Assembly (NCBI GenBank): GCA_010093995.1
Contig: ML992506.1
Coordinates: 789,196 to 853,195 of the forward strand
Direction of reading: 5' to 3'
Length of the DNA stretch: 64,000 nucleotides
Source of the DNA: Elsinoe ampelina
Lineage: Eukaryota
In this document: one piece after another, positions 61,566 to 64,000 of the stretch
Layout of the letters: each line of letters opens with the position of its first letter
Numbering within the stretch: the stretch's first letter is position 1
Program-made: the position numbers and the translations under genes
Notes under the pieces: generated by a model
Database searches by the model: none
The model's input: the letters and a program-made list of their open reading frames with translations, nothing else
What the model was told of the DNA's origin: nothing

Positions 61566-63347
61566 ATGGACTCCTCCGCCCCCACCGCCAACTTTGGGAT
61601 AGGAGCATCGTCTGGTAGTTCTTCAAATATAAACTACCAGAACTTTGATGGAACCCAGGCCCCACTCCAACCCGACAACTACCAGTATGTTGACTCTGGT
61701 AGTTTCCAAGGTCAGGCTGCTCCAGCAGCCGTCCTTCCTCACCATCCCTTTCCCTACCAGCATTTTGCTGGTAGTCACAACTCTCCGGCTGTTGCGCCCG
61801 ACTCTTTTGCCTGGCATGCCACCTACCAGCAACGTGCTGGTAGTTACAACCCTCCGGTAGCCTCTATCACCCCGCCCTCCTGGCAGAACGCCACCTACCA
61901 GCATCAAAACGCTGGTAGTTACAACTCTGCCTCCGTGGCAACCCTTTCCCCCTTCGCCCTTCCTGTCAACTACCAGCAGCAATCTACTGGTAGTGATCAA
62001 GCCCCTGTGGCACCCCTGTTCCCCCTTCCCCTCCCCGCCAACTACCAGCAGCAATCCACTGGTAGTGATCAAGCTCCTGTGGCACCCCTGTTCCCCCTTC
62101 CCCTCCCCGCCAACTACCAGCAGCAACCTGGTAGTGGTCCCTTCCCTGCTCCTGCTGGTCAAGCACTCCAGCCAGCCATGCCCTTCGCCAACTACCAGCA
62201 TGGCATGGTCCCCCAGCAGGAGCAGGGGTCTCAAGTCCCGGAGGCGCCCCGTCGACCCACCACCAACAAGCCCAAGGCCACAGCGTGCACCTACGTCATG
62301 GCCAGGCACAGAGGTCGCCCTGGGGAACCGACGGAGAAGGTGCCCTACAAGGACGCCAACGGGGGCATCAAGGCCGGCGACCACCCCGCTGCTAACGCCG
62401 ACTGCGCTCCTCCCCGCGTAAGAAGGCCCAAGCAGCCGAGGGGCGAGAGGCCAGAGGGAGTGACCAGATCCGGGGCCCGTAGGAACCCCAGGGGAAGAGG
62501 ACGGACGTCGGCCACCGCCGTGGGCCAGCTCGAGGCTCTGCTTGCGCCTGCGGTGGAGCCCCAGCTCCAGCCCGCCGTACAAGCCCAGCCGGAGCAAGCC
62601 ACAGCGTCCCAGCCGCAGCCAGGTCCCGAGGCCTCGTCGGATCGAGCCGGCAACTACAACCTTCTGCTCGCCCTGGGGTCCTGCCCAGGCATCAACGTCA
62701 ACCCCGCGCTGCTGGCCGAGTACGCGCCGAGGCCAAACCCGCCCGCCGAGCCCCAGGTATGGCACCAGCCCACGGCGCCCATACCAGCCCAGGAGGCACC
62801 ACCGGTCCCGCAAGCCGGGCCAGACCCCACCCCTGTCCCTGGTAGTTTCGACCCCTCGAGCACTACCAGCTTTGACCTGCCTGCCCCTCCCCCCGCCGAG
62901 CCCGTGGACTACTTCGCGGACTTCGTCATGCCCGACCCCGAAGCGGAACTGGCGAATGCTGGACCTGGCTGGTATTTGCAAACTACCAGCCAGCCAGAGG
63001 CAGTGGAGGGGTTCAATACCCAGGTCGAAGAGGCTGGTAGTACTTGGCCGCCGCATCTCACCAGTCCGCCAGGGCTAGAGGGGTACCCCCAACTCCAGGT
63101 CGAGCAGGCTGGTAGTTCCTTCTCGCTGGAACCTACCAGCCAGCTAGAGACAACGGATTCGGCCAGTTACTCGGTCGAGGCGGCTGGTAGTTTCCCCCAG
63201 GAGTCGGACCCGGCGCCGCAACAGCAGTTCGTGCCGGAATGGGACCACCACCCGGAGGACGACTACCTGGACAACGGGCTGGCATCCCTAGAGGAAGTGG
63301 ACAAGATGTTCTCGGATCTCCCGAGGAAGGAGCCGGAGGAGAAGTAG
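61566..63347 (+). CDS. Orphan intronless Pro/Gln/Ala-rich repeat protein
   Basis: 593-aa ORF from ACAATGG. N-terminal ~24-aa repeats (xYQQ..xGS...VAP), basic central patch, C-terminal VExAGS repeats, acidic tail. No recognisable domain. Confidence 0.6.
   Translation: MDSSAPTANFGIGASSGSSSNINYQNFDGTQAPLQPDNYQYVDSGSFQGQAAPAAVLPHHPFPYQHFAGSHNSPAVAPDSFAWHATYQQRAGSYNPPVASITPPSWQNATYQHQNAGSYNSASVATLSPFALPVNYQQQSTGSDQAPVAPLFPLPLPANYQQQSTGSDQAPVAPLFPLPLPANYQQQPGSGPFPAPAGQALQPAMPFANYQHGMVPQQEQGSQVPEAPRRPTTNKPKATACTYVMARHRGRPGEPTEKVPYKDANGGIKAGDHPAANADCAPPRVRRPKQPRGERPEGVTRSGARRNPRGRGRTSATAVGQLEALLAPAVEPQLQPAVQAQPEQATASQPQPGPEASSDRAGNYNLLLALGSCPGINVNPALLAEYAPRPNPPAEPQVWHQPTAPIPAQEAPPVPQAGPDPTPVPGSFDPSSTTSFDLPAPPPAEPVDYFADFVMPDPEAELANAGPGWYLQTTSQPEAVEGFNTQVEEAGSTWPPHLTSPPGLEGYPQLQVEQAGSSFSLEPTSQLETTDSASYSVEAAGSFPQESDPAPQQQFVPEWDHHPEDDYLDNGLASLEEVDKMFSDLPRKEPEEK
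61611..63191. repeat. Array of CTACCAG/CTGGTAG inverted-repeat hairpins, including a near-perfect 72-bp tandem duplication (61968-62111)
   Basis: 12 CTGGTAG and 12 CTACCAG counted by eye, mostly paired into 8-10 bp stems. Period 69-77 nt in 61677-62135 and 75 nt in 63021-63191. Confidence 0.9.
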
Positions 63348-63394
63348 ATAGATTGCGTGTCTGTCTAAATCGATACCCTGGTTCCTCCCACTTG

Positions 63395-64000
63395 TCATCC
63401 CAAAATGCCCAGCGCCTCCCAGCTGTTGACGATTGGTACGTCCCTCTTGACGCCAGCCTCCTGTGCATGAGCTTCATCTCCCATCTCAATGTCCTGTGAT
63501 GGTCTGGTGCTCTTGCCCCATTTGTCGACTTCCCATACGACTTCCACTGCTTGCTTCGCGCCACGGACCACTTCCCCCATCAGGGAGCCCACTCCTTTCG
63601 CGCGTTCCCTCATCCCTCTCCGCATCAACCCCTCGACTAGCCTCCCGACCTCCTCTCCCATCCCGTTGAGTCGGTCTACCAATCTTCCGATCGAGGCAAC
63701 GAGGTACTCTTCTTCGTACACGCTGCCTTTCTTGCCGCGCGCTTTCTTGCGCTCTTCCCTGCGACGGTTCTTGGACGAGCGTCGCGTGGTGTTGGTCGCC
63801 AGAGTGGCGTCGGTGCGGTGGGTGTAGCGTGTCATGAAGGTACCGGCTGAGGTGCTCATGGAGGGGGCGAGGGAGATGTCGTCTGGTATGTCGGGGTTGG
63901 TGGCTGAGGGGTGGGAGTCGTAGAAGGAGACTAAAAGGATCAGTGATGCACCATTAAGAAAGACGAAGGGGACGGAGGGGATAAGAATGCAGCGAGGTGG
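63395..64000 (-). CDS. ELP1: Elongator complex protein 1, 3' end (partial, continues beyond window)
   Basis: DIPDDISLAP..STSAGTFMTRYT..RRSSKNRRREERKKARGKKGSVYEEEYLV, the Iki3/Elp1 basic C-terminal signature. Intron acceptor at 63931. Confidence 0.93.
   Translation of the reverse strand, partial: PPRCILIPSVPFVFLNGASLILLVSFYDSHPSATNPDIPDDISLAPSMSTSAGTFMTRYTHRTDATLATNTTRRSSKNRRREERKKARGKKGSVYEEEYLVASIGRLVDRLNGMGEEVGRLVEGLMRRGMRERAKGVGSLMGEVVRGAKQAVEVVWEVDKWGKSTRPSQDIEMGDEAHAQEAGVKRDVPIVNSWEALGILG

Noticed and set aside
61677..62135. CRISPR array interpretation of the periodic hairpin-plus-spacer pattern
   Set aside because: The context is fungal with no cas genes, the repeat loops vary, spacers are related to each other (two nearly identical), and the array keeps an open frame.
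61623..63056. 477-aa antisense ORF
   Set aside because: Shadow of the C-rich repetitive sense ORF, with Gly/Arg/Leu/Val-rich composition and no domain.

Overview
Eukaryotic, gene-dense window from a filamentous ascomycete, probably Eurotiomycetes (inferred from short GT-AG introns with CTRAC branch sites, RIP-type damage and gene content). Bases 1-1871 are a heavily RIP-mutated Ty1/Copia 3' end with its LTR, followed by a poly(A)-tailed fragment that may be a LINE 3' end. Housekeeping genes follow: FMT1, Yck-type CK1, CCP1, a Dal5/Tna1-type MFS permease, RPL31, AFG1-like ATPase, RPS23, a GPI protein, a mitochondrial carrier, a kelch membrane protein, NUP133, DRE2, a DUF3405 protein, a histidine phosphatase and an STF2-like gene. 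A complete seven-gene quinate utilisation cluster (qutR-A-E-G-B-D-C, 39.8-52.4 kb) has candidate QutA sites and an adjacent P450. DBF2, LST8, an orphan ORF and the 3' end of ELP1 close the window. Two features stand out. The orphan ORF (61566-63347) carries about 12 CTACCAG/CTGGTAG hairpins whose arms are kept in different reading frames, and the same hairpin recurs intergenically at 18.2 kb. The MFS gene needs a U2-like AT-AC intron and an 11-nt micro-exon. All gene models, counts and family calls were made by eye without database searches.
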